Assembly: GCA_964016885.1 (NCBI GenBank)
Contig: OZ024745.1
Coordinates: 99,696,001 to 99,760,000, forward strand
Direction: 5' to 3'
Length of the DNA stretch: 64,000 bases
DNA from: Eledone cirrhosa
Lineage: Eukaryota
The notes below the pieces were generated by a model that saw only the letters and a program-made list of their open reading frames with translations, was not told where the DNA came from and searched no databases. Position 1 is the stretch's first letter; every line of letters begins with the position of its first letter. Below are positions 13,495 to 26,035 of this stretch, piece by piece. Both the position numbers and the translations under genes were made by a program.

Positions 13495-14303
13495 ATTGAA
13501 TTTTTTAAATATAGCTGTTATAATAATGTCTTAAAATGACAGCTTTTTGCCAGAAAAGTAGTTAAGTCGATGTTCAAGGATATAAAATTGTTAGTAAACT
13601 AAAATATTGAGCATCATGTATGAGATTTATATAAATATATACCACGAAGTTTAGTGACGTATAGAAATTTAGTGAAAACTTAATACTATTACAGTTGAAT
13701 AGGTATTTATAATAGACAGCCTTCAGCACATTCAGCTATTCTTTCTTACAAATCTGTTGATTGCTAGACTTTTAATAATATTCCTGGACCACACGCACAA
13801 TTCTAAATTATGTTTTTTTAGTTTATTCTTCATTCTACTAATATCTAACTTAAAATTGATATTTAAATTCCTTACTAGCTTATAGACTTAGTTTATTTTA
13901 GAGAATGTCTATACTTTAAAGACAGAATTTTAATTGTACTTAACTCTTAACACCCTGTAAGATATGAAATTCGCAAAATATAAAATTTCCCCATATATGG
14001 AAGAAAAATGAATGTAATATAACCTTTTAAATATAGACAAAATATATCTAAGCTGCAAAATATCCCACTGAATAATTTTTGTCAATATAATTTGACTCAT
14101 TCAGATTCTTGGCTTCAAACTTATGTAAAAATGAATTGGAATGTTTAGAAAACTTACTATATGCCTCTTTGATGGTGTGTATAGCTAGAGTTAGTCTATA
14201 TGTATGTTGTGTTTACATACATGTGTACACACACACATAATTGTGTGTGTGTGTACATGTGTGCATGTGTATAGATTAAGTAGAACCGAAGTCAGTGTTG
14301 CAG

Positions 14304-14404
14304 CATATGTACAAACTTTATTGGCAATTGTTTCGATATCAATCAGCTCAGGGTAGAATCAAAATGACAGTGCTCAACTCTTTTTCGACATCTCATCAGA
14401 TATG
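14304..14404 (-). ncRNA. Hammerhead-like motif with long stem II (family H1)
   Basis: Minus: CATAT-CTGATGA-GATGTC..GATATC-GAAA-CAATTG; homologous to 43093-43175; stem III/I junction irregular. Confidence 0.5.
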
Positions 14405-14583
14405 TGAGTTTATATGTGCAAAGACATATCTAAACTGAATGAGACGGACCTCATAACAGCAGTGAGTGCTTCAAATATATATATATATAAGCAGAAGGGA
14501 TATTCAATTTGTTGGTAATTCAACAAATATAAATGTTTATAACTGATTCAGAGCACTCGACAGTTTTCTGGAGTATAATATAC

Positions 14584-14917
14584 AATGATATTAAATAAAT
14601 GGAAACTATATTTATTCTATTATATATATTTCAAGGGTACCAAAATTTTGGTACGCTATCATCAGATAAAATATGAAGTGTGTTTTATAAATTTTGAAAT
14701 AACCTAGGAGAATATACCTTAACGGTTCAAGTTTTCCTTGGATAGTCAAGGAAAACTTGAACCATTAAGGTATATTCTCCTTGGTTATGTCAAAATTTAT
14801 AAAACACACTTCGCATTTTATCTGATAATAGCGTACAAAAATGTTGGTACCCTTGAAATATATATAATAGAATAAATATGGTTTTATAAATATAGTTTCC
14901 ATTTATTTAATATCATT
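14584..14917. repeat. ~330-bp near-perfect palindrome carrying two inverted hammerhead-like motifs (family H2)
   Basis: Arms fold around loop 14741-14746; CTGATGA..GAAA at 14616-14670 (-) and CTGATAA..GAAA at 14817-14871 (+). Confidence 0.85.
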
Positions 14918-14966
14918 TGTATATATATATAAATATATATACGGGAACAAGCCGAAGCATATAGAC

Positions 14967-15171
14967 AATTGTTTATTGCATTATATATATTTCTGTTACA
15001 TGGTTATTCATGTGACTTCATCATATGCCAAACTACTTCACTAATGGATGGACGTGCTTGGCCACTGGCATATCACAATGATTGCATAACTGCACCAATG
15101 ATTGCGTATGCATCTGTCAAAGTCACATGAACAACCATGTAACAGAAATACATATAATGCAATAAACAATT
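14967..15171. repeat. Inverted repeat with two degenerate hammerhead-like motifs (family H3)
   Basis: Arms ~60 bp; stem I GCAT/ATGC, stem II GTCACATG/CATGTAAC, GAAA-TAYATA-TA; cores mutated (ATGATGA, CTGTCAA). Confidence 0.7.
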
Positions 15172-15209
15172 ATGGTGATTTAACCCCATCTTAACTACCA
15201 TTTTTTGCA

Positions 15210-15384
15210 TTGGTAGTATCGGTAGAGAGTCGGACGCCATGCTTTCCAGTACATCCCTTTACAGTCTGAGTTCAAATCCCGCCGAGGTTAACTTTGCCTT
15301 TCATCCTTACGGGGGTCGATAAAATAAAGTACCAGTAATGTACTGGGTAATTGCTGGCCTTGTGCCAAAAGTAGAAACAATTAT
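15210..15384 (+). mobile_element. SINE family A
   Basis: High identity to family. Confidence 0.9.
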
Positions 15385-15387
15385 TTG

Positions 15388-15421
<34 letters not shown>

Positions 15422-16295
15422 TGGTCTATAATTCCTGAGGGAGTTGTAGGCATGCTACACTGACATATGGAGTTTCTAGGGCATTTTAAAACTTAGCAGA
15501 GCCCATCTCCCTTCAAGGTCTGAATACAGAAGATTTCTTCCAGAGAAGGATAGAGAAAGTGAAAGAATAGAAGTGAGAAAGTGATATAGAAGTAGAATCA
15601 ACCCCAAAACTAGACTGGTACATTTTTTTTTATCAACTTTTGAATTAATGAAAGCCAAAGTTGACCTTGGTTGGATTTGAACTCAGAGAGCCAGAATGAA
15701 TATTGCAAAGTATTCTATCTGGCATTCTAATGACCTTGCCAAATTGCCACCTTCCACACCCACCCACCCACCCGCGCGCACGCGCACACGCACACACACA
15801 CACACACACACACGTATGAATGGGATATTTTCCCCACCATCACTATCTAAGCAACGGAAGGACCAGTTGTAGACATCAAAGAGAAGTCAGTATAGCAAAT
15901 CTTTGTAAATTAAGTTGTGTCAACAACTATCAATTGTTAGAGAGACAAAGGGGTTCATTAGAAAGGAGTGCTAACAGAAATCCCAATCTAATTGACCAAA
16001 TAATTAAAGAAAAGTAAGTTATAAAGAAATGTATTATAGGAGAGAATGAAGATGATATGGAGCCCTAAGTAGCTACAATCTAATACACTTATAGCTGGAA
16101 TGCTTTCCATCCTGATCATTTCTTTCTTTTTCCAACAATAGTGTGATGCAAGTGATATAATCAAATATCTGGAGCTCTTTTTAAAAGATGACAGGTTGTG
16201 ATTTGATGGAGATTTGGCAGCTATTTTTAGTTAATTGACTGATTATGTAGAAGCACCTTCATTTGCTAAAATAGAATGAAATTAAGGTATATATT

Positions 16296-16336
<41 letters not shown>

Positions 16337-16339
<3 letters not shown>

Positions 16340-17060
16340 CGTTTCTGAATTTGTTTAGCAAGATTCTTTATCTGAGAACGTGTGTTGAAACCGATATTGT
16401 TATACTTTGGGAGGGTCATGTTGCCAATAAGAAACACACGCACCAGTTGCTTTCACTTCAATTTATTATAATAAATTTATAAATTTCCGGTTGGTTGGTT
16501 GGTTCCACAACCAGATGATTGTTTATATATTGTCAAAGTTCTTTCGTCACACATTCTGTGACCCCTTCAGTGACTGGGGATTCTTTTCTTGGTTTTTGTT
16601 CTGTCCTACGCCATCTTGTTTTTGTGTGTTGTGTGCTTAGTTTGCGCATGTGTTACATCCGAGTGTCTGTGTGTGTTTATATTTGTTTATTTATTTATTT
16701 GTTTATTTACATGTTACTGGTTGGTTGTTTGTTCTATATGCGTGTGTGTTTTCATTTTGTCCTTAATTGTAAGTTGTGATGTTGCTGTTCGATTCATGTT
16801 TTCTATTTAATTTTGGTTGGAGTTCATATATGTTTATTGCCTCTGAGATTTGTCTAAACAAAGAAAAGAATCCCCAGTCACTGAAGAGGTCACAGAATGT
16901 GTGACGAAAGAACTTTGACAATATATAAACAATCATCTGGTTGTGGAACCAACCAACCAACCAACCGGAAATTTATAAATTTATTATAATAAATTGAAGT
17001 GAAAGCAACTGGTGCGTGTGTTTCTATTGGCAACATGACCCTCCCAAAGTATAGCAATAT
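16337..17060 (-). mobile_element. 5'-truncated Penelope-like element with inverted pseudo-LTR
   Basis: Minus-strand peptide RQISEAINIYELQPKLNRKHE* (16860-16763) resembles the PLE GIY-YIG C-terminus; ~195-bp inverted arms 16394-16590 / 16861-17060, each with a hammerhead motif. Confidence 0.8.
16877..16919 (+). ncRNA. Minimal type I hammerhead ribozyme (family H4)
   Basis: GTCA-CTGAAGA-G-GTCAC(AGAATGT)GTGAC-GAAA-GAAC-TT-TGAC; mirror copy 16532-16574 has CTGAAGG. Confidence 0.72.
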
Positions 17061-17179
17061 ATAAATATATATACATATATATAAATATATATACATATAT
17101 ATAAATATATATACAAATATATATATATATACATATATTTATATATAATATATATATACATATACATAAATATATATAC

Positions 17180-17335
17180 ATCATCATCACCGTTTTACGT
17201 CCGTTCTTCCACGCTAGTATGGGTTAGACGGATTGTCCTGTTGTGGGCAGTGTCTGGTCGGCTGACCATGCCTTGCTCATACAGGAACTGATCTGGCTTG
17301 ATTTCTACAGCTGGATGCCCTTCCTAACACCAATA
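17180..17335 (-). mobile_element. RTE 3'-end-derived repeat
   Basis: catcatcatc..ccacgctag..ctggatgcccttcctaacaccaa. Confidence 0.8.
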
Positions 17336-17540
17336 AGAATCACATGCACCAGTTGCTTTCACTTCAATTTATTATAATAAATTTATAAATTTCTGGTTGG
17401 TTGGTTGGTTCCACAACCAGATGATTGTTTATATATTGTCAAAGTTCTTTCGTGACACATTCTATGACCTCGGATTCTTTTCTTTATATATATATATATA
17501 TTTATAAATATATATATATAAAGAAAAGAATCCCCAGTCA
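17331..17540. mobile_element. Third rearranged copy of the PLE pseudo-LTR
   Basis: Repeats 16426-16590 with the ribozyme core deleted, then folds back (ggattcttttctt..aagaaaagaatcc). Confidence 0.75.
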
Positions 17541-17759
17541 TAAATATATATATATATATTTATAAAAGACGTAAAATAAGAAAATATTTTTTCAAAAAAG
17601 TTTTAAGAAAAATTTTTTTGAAAAAATATTTTCTTATTTTACGTCTTTTATATTATTGTTCTGCATTCTCCTGCATTGAACCACCTAGGTATCATGACAT
17701 AACCTGTGTATTTGCTAGCATGGGCGTGCATCTGTGCGCTTATGTTAGTTGATATATTA

Positions 17760-17800
17760 AATTATCTATATATATATATTTATATATTTATATATATATT

Positions 17801-17832
<32 letters not shown>

Positions 17833-18077
17833 TTTTATATATATATATATATATATATTTTTATATATATATATATATATATATTTTTATATATATATAT
17901 ATATATTTTTATATATATATATATTTTTATATCTATATATTTTTATATATATATATATATTTTTATATTTATATATTTTTATATATCTATATATTTTTAT
18001 ATCTATATATTTTTATATCTATATATTTTTATATCTATATATTTTTATATCTATATATATATTTTTATATATATATA

Positions 18078-18147
<70 letters not shown>

Positions 18148-18522
18148 TATTTATATCTATATATTTTTATATATATATATATTTTTAATATATATATATA
18201 TATTTTTTTTTATATATATATATATTTTTTTTTATATATATATATTTTTTTTTTATATATATATATATTTTTTTTAAAAATATATATACAATATATTAAC
18301 AAATGGAAACTATATTTATAAAACCATATTTATTTCATTATACATATTTCAAGGGCCACCAAGGCAAACTATGGTGCGCTTTCATCAGATAAAATATAAT
18401 ATAGGTTAGATTTATAAATAAATATTGACATACCCTGAAAAAATGCAACCATTCTGGTTGGAATCTCCTTGCTTGTTGTATCCCAACAAATTAAATATAA
18501 CCTCTCTATATATATATATATT

Positions 18523-18594
<72 letters not shown>

Positions 18595-18602
18595 ATATAT
18601 AT

Positions 18603-18641
<39 letters not shown>

Positions 18642-18649
18642 ATATATAT

Positions 18650-18694
<45 letters not shown>

Positions 18695-18702
18695 ATATAT
18701 AT

Positions 18703-18740
<38 letters not shown>

Positions 18741-18909
18741 TATATATTTTTTATATATATATATATATATATATAAATATATATATTTTTTATATATATA
18801 TATATAATTTTATATATATATTTTTTATATATATATATATAATTTTATATATATATTTTTTATATATATATATATAATTTTATATATATATTTTTTACAT
18901 ATATATATA

Positions 18910-18950
<41 letters not shown>
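17760..18950. repeat. Complex (TA)n/Tn low-complexity tracts around a PLE-like island (18290-18505)
   Basis: Direct observation. Confidence 0.9.
18333..18394 (-). ncRNA. Type I hammerhead ribozyme (family H2, intact core)
   Basis: Minus: TTTTAT-CTGATGA-AAGcGCACCA(tagtttgcct)TGGTGGCcCTT-GAAA-TATGTA-TA-ATGAAA. Confidence 0.68.
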
Positions 18951-18955
<5 letters not shown>

Positions 18956-20191
18956 CATTATGCATACAAACACACACAAACACACAGTGACATAAATTAA
19001 TCCATGGAATAGATAGATTTAGTGACAAAAAATATTTTACCGTCTTTCCTTTTTCTCTAAGTCATGTCTGCAGAGTTGTGGGGGAAAAACATTGGTGGAA
19101 CACTGCGATCTAAATACATAGGAATATTTCTTTTTTAACCTTTTGAGAGAGAGGGGTGGCAGCGTATCAACCCCAGTACTTCAATATTGCTTTATTAATC
19201 CCAAAGATTAAAGGTTAAGTTTGCTGCCTCTATGGGATTTGAATTCAAATTGCAGAGAGCCAAAACAAATATAATAAAGCATTCTATCAGAGAACATTCT
19301 ACCAATTTGCTACCTTTTACTGTTAATAATGATATCAAATTAAATATTCAAACTCTTCACAATTCTCATAGACATTTTGATAATTGGTGTGTGTGTGTGT
19401 GTGTGTGTGTGTGAGGAGGTGTAACTCTTTCTCTATTTAGTCAAATTCCCCCACTCTCTCAGTAATTACATATAAACTTCTATATCAGATTAAGTAATTA
19501 AAATATTTTGTTCACTACAGGCTATTTTCTAATGGAGATCTGTCTGAAACATTAGCATTCTCTTTTTACAGCCATGTTTTAACATCTATTGAACTTATAT
19601 TTGCCCAAACACACAGACACACACAAGTATTTTCCTATGAAATCTACTGTTCAACCCTTTCTCTACTAAATTTCTAATGAAAGACACTACCTATCTGTTT
19701 CAAATAATTTTGAAAATAATCAAAAATTATAACTAACTTTCTCATTATTAAGCTATTATGGGAACATAACTGAACAAAGGTTCTTATACGAAATTATGCT
19801 GGAAGGTTTCTAGATAAATATAAACATTTTAACAAACAATATTGTATGTTAGAACTGAGGCCAGCTTTAGGTATGAAAAGAATTAATCTTATTCTCTGAA
19901 ACTATTTTCTACTGAAGATTATTTCCTGATATTACAATATTTCTAGAGAATATATAATGAAAGATAATTTAGAGCATCCCTTTCAAGGAGGAATAAAAGG
20001 GTCAGCTAGTAATACAGGGTTTTAAGGATTCATAAGTTCACTTGCCATGGGAACAGGAAGCTGACAGGAAGAGTAATAATAGTAGCTTTAAGCAACAGAC
20101 ATAACCCTTTCCCCTGATAAAAGCATACACTTAAAAGATTAGTGAGCAGAGAAGTGGTATAATAATATAGAGACAAACAGAAAGATATATT

Positions 20192-21437
20192 TAACCCTTT
20201 TGATAGCAAACTGACTGAAACTGCCCCTGGTTCTATGATACAAAACTGTTCTAAAGTGTTTGTATTTATCTGAAAACTGCCATCATTCGGTGGATTGGCA
20301 GTATCGGTAGAGGGTCGGACGTCATGCTTTGACGCATAGAATTACGGCCCTTTCCATTCTGAGTTCAAATGCCGCCGAGGTCAACTTTGCCTTTCATCCT
20401 TACGGGGTCGATAAAATAAAGTACCAGTAATGCACTGGGTAATTGCTGGCCTTGTGCCAAAAGTAGAAACAATTATTCTACGTAAGAAATTCTGTTAAGT
20501 TATAATAATTGTTTCTACTTTTGGCACAACTATGAGCAATCAGAAAGACCAATGGAAACATTGTTTCGTCGGTCCGATTTGACGAATGTCGATCGTTCCT
20601 TTTTTTTGGGGGGGGGGGGCACAAGGCCAGCAATTACCCAGTGCATTACTGGTACTTTATTTTATCGACCCCGTAAGGATGAAAGGCAAAGTTAACCTCG
20701 GCGGGATTTGAACTCAGAATGGAAAGGGCCGTAACTCTCTGCTTCATAGCATGGCGTCCGACACTACCGATACTGCCAATCCACCGCCCTGTTAAATTAT
20801 AATAATTGTTTCTAATTTTGGCACAAGGCCAGCAATTACCCAGTACATTACTAGTACTTTATTTTATCAACCCCGTAAGGATGAAAAGCAAAGTTAACCT
20901 CGACGGGATTTGAACTCAGACCGTAAAGAAACGTAACTATGCTAGAAAGCATAGCGTCCAACCCTCTACCGATACTGCCAATTCACCGCTCTTTAAATTA
21001 TAATAATAACTAGCAGAATGGCCCGGCGTTGTTCGAGATTCTAAATATAGATTGGCATGTTTATCCCTCCTTTCTGAAACAGTTTCGTCGTATGTTCACC
21101 AATTGTTGCAGAAGTCCTAATAAAAAGTGAAGTCACCTTGGGTGAATAAGCAAATAATTTTCCATTAAGATTTTTCAAAAGCATGTAATTGCGTTCCCTC
21201 TCTTTTTTGTTGTTGTTTTTGCTGCTGTTGGTGTGATAGCGGCCGTTGGTCGTACTACTAACACAGTCTCGTCCTTCTTCAGCCAATCGTGTATATCCCC
21301 TTCTGCCTCGTCAGCAATGAGAACAATATTTGCTCTAAGGTTCTTATATATTTGATATATATTTATCCTTATCGAGCCTCGTGAAATAAATACGTTTGTT
21401 TATATTTTGTTATTGTGTAAGCAAAAATATCTGTACA

Positions 21438-21473
<36 letters not shown>

Positions 21474-21608
21474 TAACAGATTAAAGTTTAACGAACAATC
21501 ACTGCTTTCACCCTTAATGGGATCTTCTGAAACTAAAAAAAAATCAATCTGTGAACGCAAAAGTAAATATTTCAAAAAACGTTACACACTATATATAAAT
21601 ATACGTGT

Positions 21609-21643
<35 letters not shown>

Positions 21644-22110
21644 TAGTGTCATAATGCAGAAAGCCAGACATTACAGATATTATAAGGGCGCAACGTTATA
21701 GCTGCCTAATGCGGTCCCTAGGGCATTGAAAATTTGAAATATTTTTTGCTCAAAACACTCACACGACCATAAGTATTACATGAGTAAATTTTGAAAAAAA
21801 AAATCGGTTGGGTGGTTCTCCAGTTTTAGGGAGACAGACAGACAGACATTCTCTGTTTTAGATATATAGATAATAATAATAATAATAATTATTATTATTG
21901 TTTTGTTTTAAACACCAGTTTAAAGTTATGTTTTTAAGTTATGTTTTAAACACCAGCTTAATGAGAAAATTAGTTATATCAATTATATAAAGAAACCATT
22001 ATTATTAATAAAGAAACCATTAATTATTAAACACCTTCAAATTTTTACTTTCAAAATAATTTGAAAAATAAAGGCAGAATCTGTCATTAGTAATTTCCTA
22101 ACAAAAGAAT
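20192..22110. mobile_element. MITE P2 hosting three SINE A copies and a Helitron
   Basis: P2 sequence at 20192-20287, 20478-20500 and ~21900-22110; SINEs at 20288-20477 (+), 20503-20787 (-), 20799-20989 (-). Confidence 0.75.
21010..21870 (-). mobile_element. Non-autonomous Helitron
   Basis: Minus: A|TCTATATATC...CTCGAACAACGCCGGG hairpin-CCATTCTG-CTAG|T; inserted in AT with no TSD. Confidence 0.85.
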
Positions 22111-22203
22111 AACGGAAAAATATAAATTTACAAATTTGAGCAAAATGAAATTACATGAAGATTAAGAAAAAAAAGACAAAAAGCAATGAGAAAAATGGCT
22201 TAA

Positions 22204-22450
<247 letters not shown>

Positions 22451-22963
22451 TATTTGTGACCTATAGCTTTCAACAGTAATGTTTAATTGCAATAACCAGC
22501 AGATGAAATGGCTCTTTTACATTTTATACTATAAAGCACCTAACAACTTGTTTTATAAATAATCTTATTTGAGGAAGCAAGTGTGCAGAGATTTTTGCAA
22601 ATATTTTTGGCTAGAGATATGGAACATTTTTTAATGTATTTCTATTTTACCTGGTGATTGATTGATCTGCAATTAAATGATCCTTAAATATGTTTCACAA
22701 AGATTTTTAAAATTTATTATCTATTAAGCAATATAGAAATACAGAGACATAATTTACTTTGAATAAATCCTAGTTACAATGCTAGATTTTCCTCTGTGAG
22801 ACAATTTTTTCTAGTGTATTATTGATAGGATTTAGTACCAGTTTCTGACAAGCTTAGATTACCAACATTTCCATATAGCTGCTCATTACAAGGATATTAA
22901 TACTGTAGAGGAAATTTTGTATATTTATTTAGTAGAGACAGATTTTTAGATTGATTGGCCCAT

Positions 22964-23427
22964 GTTTTTCTGAGGACATTGACCATCTCAATTTCACCAG
23001 ACTGAGAGGGCCTGCAAAGATAATGTACTCTGTTTTCTGAGGACATTGACCATCTCAATTTCACCAGACTGAGAGGGCCTGCAAAGATAATGTACTCTGT
23101 TTTCTGAGGACATTGACCATCTCAATTTCACCAGACTGAGAGGGCCTGCAAAGATAATGTACTCTGTTTTCTGAGGACATTGACCATCTCAATTTCACCA
23201 GACTGAGAGGGCCTGCAAAGATAATGTACTGTTTTCTGAGGACATTGACCATCTCAATTTCACCAGACAGAGGGCCTGCAAAGATAATGTACTCTGTTTT
23301 CTGAGGACATTGACCATCTCAATTTCACCAGACTGAGAGGGCCTGCAAATATAATGTACTCTGTTTTCTGAGGACATTGACCGTCTCAATTTCACCAGAC
23401 AGAGGGCCTGCAAAGATAATGTACTCT
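22964..23427. repeat. Minisatellite, 65-67-bp unit x7
   Basis: TGTTTTCTGAGGACATTGACCATCTCAATTTCACCAGACTGAGAGGGCCTGCAAAGATAATGTACTC repeated almost identically. Confidence 0.95.
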
Positions 23428-25203
23428 ACCCTTTAACCAATGGATGAAAAAAAAAAAACAGCGTCTTATGTTTACTTAATTTTATAATCTATTCATGTAC
23501 ATAGGAAAGGAAGAGAAGTTATATCACCATCTCTAGTTTTTCTAGCATTGAATTATATCAATAGTACTAGTACTTGCGTTAAGTAAGCAATATTTGTTTT
23601 CTTAGTGTTTAAAGGTTTGCTTATTGGAATTAAGGCAATATGATAGATTATTTAGTTTTTCAAAATCTGTTTTCACATCATCACTTTCAATGAGTAGTGT
23701 AGTTGAATTAGAATAACTCTAAATCTATGGCTGCATGCATATCGTTTTTATTGCTCCTAAATAGTAGTGACCCAAGTATTGAACCTGGAAGACATCATTA
23801 GCTACAGAGTAGTTTCTAAACATCCGAAGTTAACCAGTCCTAAACACAGCAGCCTATCTGCTAAATAACTTAAATCACTTATTTGTTGTACCTCATATAT
23901 CAGTGTTGTCAGTTTGACAACAGTTATTTGGTATTCCATTCTATAAAAAGATTGTTGAAGATCTACAAATATTGTAGGAGTCACTTGAATAAGATATTTT
24001 ATGAAAGAGGTAAAGCCATACTGATCCAGCTAGAAATTTAGTGATTATGTTTTATGGCTTAGTCAAAAAGAGAAAGGGCAACACCTATGACCTTTGTAGG
24101 ACTTCTGGGACTGGGTGAGGGTGAAAGGAAGGAAGAAACTAGAACTATGGCATGTTTTAAGGTCCCTCTAAGTAGCACAGTTGAAAGTCAGTAGCTGTGG
24201 GAGGGTCTGCAAGCCAATAGAGTCACTTCCAAAACCATTATTTGTGGCGCCAAACCTCTGTCCTATCTGGAAATGAGCCTCTGATTTGTCAAGCTGAACA
24301 TTTTTTAAATGTTTGTAGATAATTAAGTAGTTGTAGAAGCTTCAATCATCTTCACATTTGAAAATCAGAGTAATTTTGAATATTTATTTTTGTTCTGAAA
24401 AACACTTGACTCCAGAGATCTCTTGAAAAAACAAACAAACAAGAGGATTGATTATGGATCCTAGTTATGCTTAGTTGGGAATAAATGATATTGTGTCACA
24501 TCCTGTAGAGGTTTTAGACATGAATCCTAGAAGTAATGATATTGTGTCACATTTTATAGAGGTTAGATTTCTGACATAAATACAAGATCATATATTGGGG
24601 CAGGGTTGTTGGAGGAAAGACATAACTTAGTGCTTGTTTAGTTTTATCTTATTGGCTCTGGAAAGATGAAAGGTTAAGCTGAACCAAGTGGGATTCGAAC
24701 TTACAATGTAAAAGAACAATAGTACTAATTCTACCAATTAATTGCCTATCATACGACATTGAATTCAATGTAAAGTAGAATGGTAGAAATGTATACAGGT
24801 GTATCTATGAGTGATGTTTCAGTGAGATAATCTGACTGGAAATTAAGATGTAGATTGACATTTTAATCCTTTTGTTACCATATTTTTTATGAAAGAGTCT
24901 ATTATTTTCAAATCATTTTGAAAATAATGAAGAATTTTGAGTGATTTAGTAAAATAAGCTGATAAAAGGTTTTTAGATTAATACAAATACTTTAAAGATT
25001 TTGTATCGTAAAACCAGGGCCAGGTTTCAGTGGGGTTTAGTACCAAAAAGTTTGAATGTATAGAGAGTGCAGTTGAGCCTTCAATGAAATAATAAAGGTA
25101 GCAAGTATGAACATTGTGGAATCACCCCGGTGTCATATTTTTCCTTCTTACAACATTCATATACTCTCCAAAACTGGCTAGAATGATGCAGTTGATGTTT
25201 AGA

Positions 25204-25432
25204 TTAACCCTTTAACATTTAAACTGGCCATATCCTGCCACAATTCTCTCACCTCTTTCTGTTGAAACCAGGTGCAACCAGCCCCTCATACCAACGTTAA
25301 GGTATTCTTCTCAACATAAATAATATCAAAATCTCATAGATTCGATATTATGTGAGATAATTAGGTGAGATACAGCCTTTACCACAGATATACAATTGTA
25401 AATATAGAGTGATGTGAATGCTAAAGGGTTAA
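25204..25432. mobile_element. MITE P1
   Basis: TTAA-CCCTTTAACATT..AATGCTAAAGGG-TTAA. Confidence 0.9.
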
Positions 25433-25439
25433 ACATGGC

Positions 25440-25722
25440 CAGAGGCATAACTAGGGAAAATAGTGTCTATGGCAAGCAGTGAAATTGTGCCCCTGCCTAA
25501 GCACTGTATTTTTACCTATGGGCCTAATAATTTATATAAATGGTTTAAAGATCCAGCCATGATAGTGCTGTCACCCATGATAATCAGAGACAGATCATAC
25601 ATCTGAAGGAGTTTCTTTTTTCACTCTCTGACAAGGCTTATTTGACTTTAATAGAATGTGCTCCTAGTCCAAGTGGTACCCATGACACGTGCCATGCTTG
25701 TCATACCCTAGTTATGCCTCTG
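25440..25722. mobile_element. hAT-like MITE
   Basis: Perfect 17-bp TIR CAGAGGCATAACTAGGG / CCCTAGTTATGCCTCTG; probable 8-bp TSD AACATGGC / AGCATGAC. Confidence 0.82.
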
Positions 25723-26035
25723 AGCATGACTAGAGCATGACTACAGGAAAAACGTGGGTGGAGTGGAGGGGGGAATTCGTGAGGGATGCACTTATTAAGG
25801 AAAGATTGTTTGGGATCTGAGAGTAGCTTGAAACAGAAAGCCTTAAAACATTCATACAGATGCTTAGAGTGTGACCATTCAATAAAGAAAACAATGTTGA
25901 AATAAAATAGAGAGAAAATGTCAGCTGAATTCTCTAACATCTAACATGGAAATTACTTTAGATTATAAGTGATTATACACCATGTTTCCTGATCATTAAA
26001 AATTACTTCTAGCATTAACAATTATTACTATTATT

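Noticed and set aside
17706-18690. YI-rich ORFs
   Set aside because: (TA)n low-complexity artefacts
22964-23427. CRISPR-like array
   Set aside because: Units are identical throughout with no unique spacers; eukaryotic context and no cas genes
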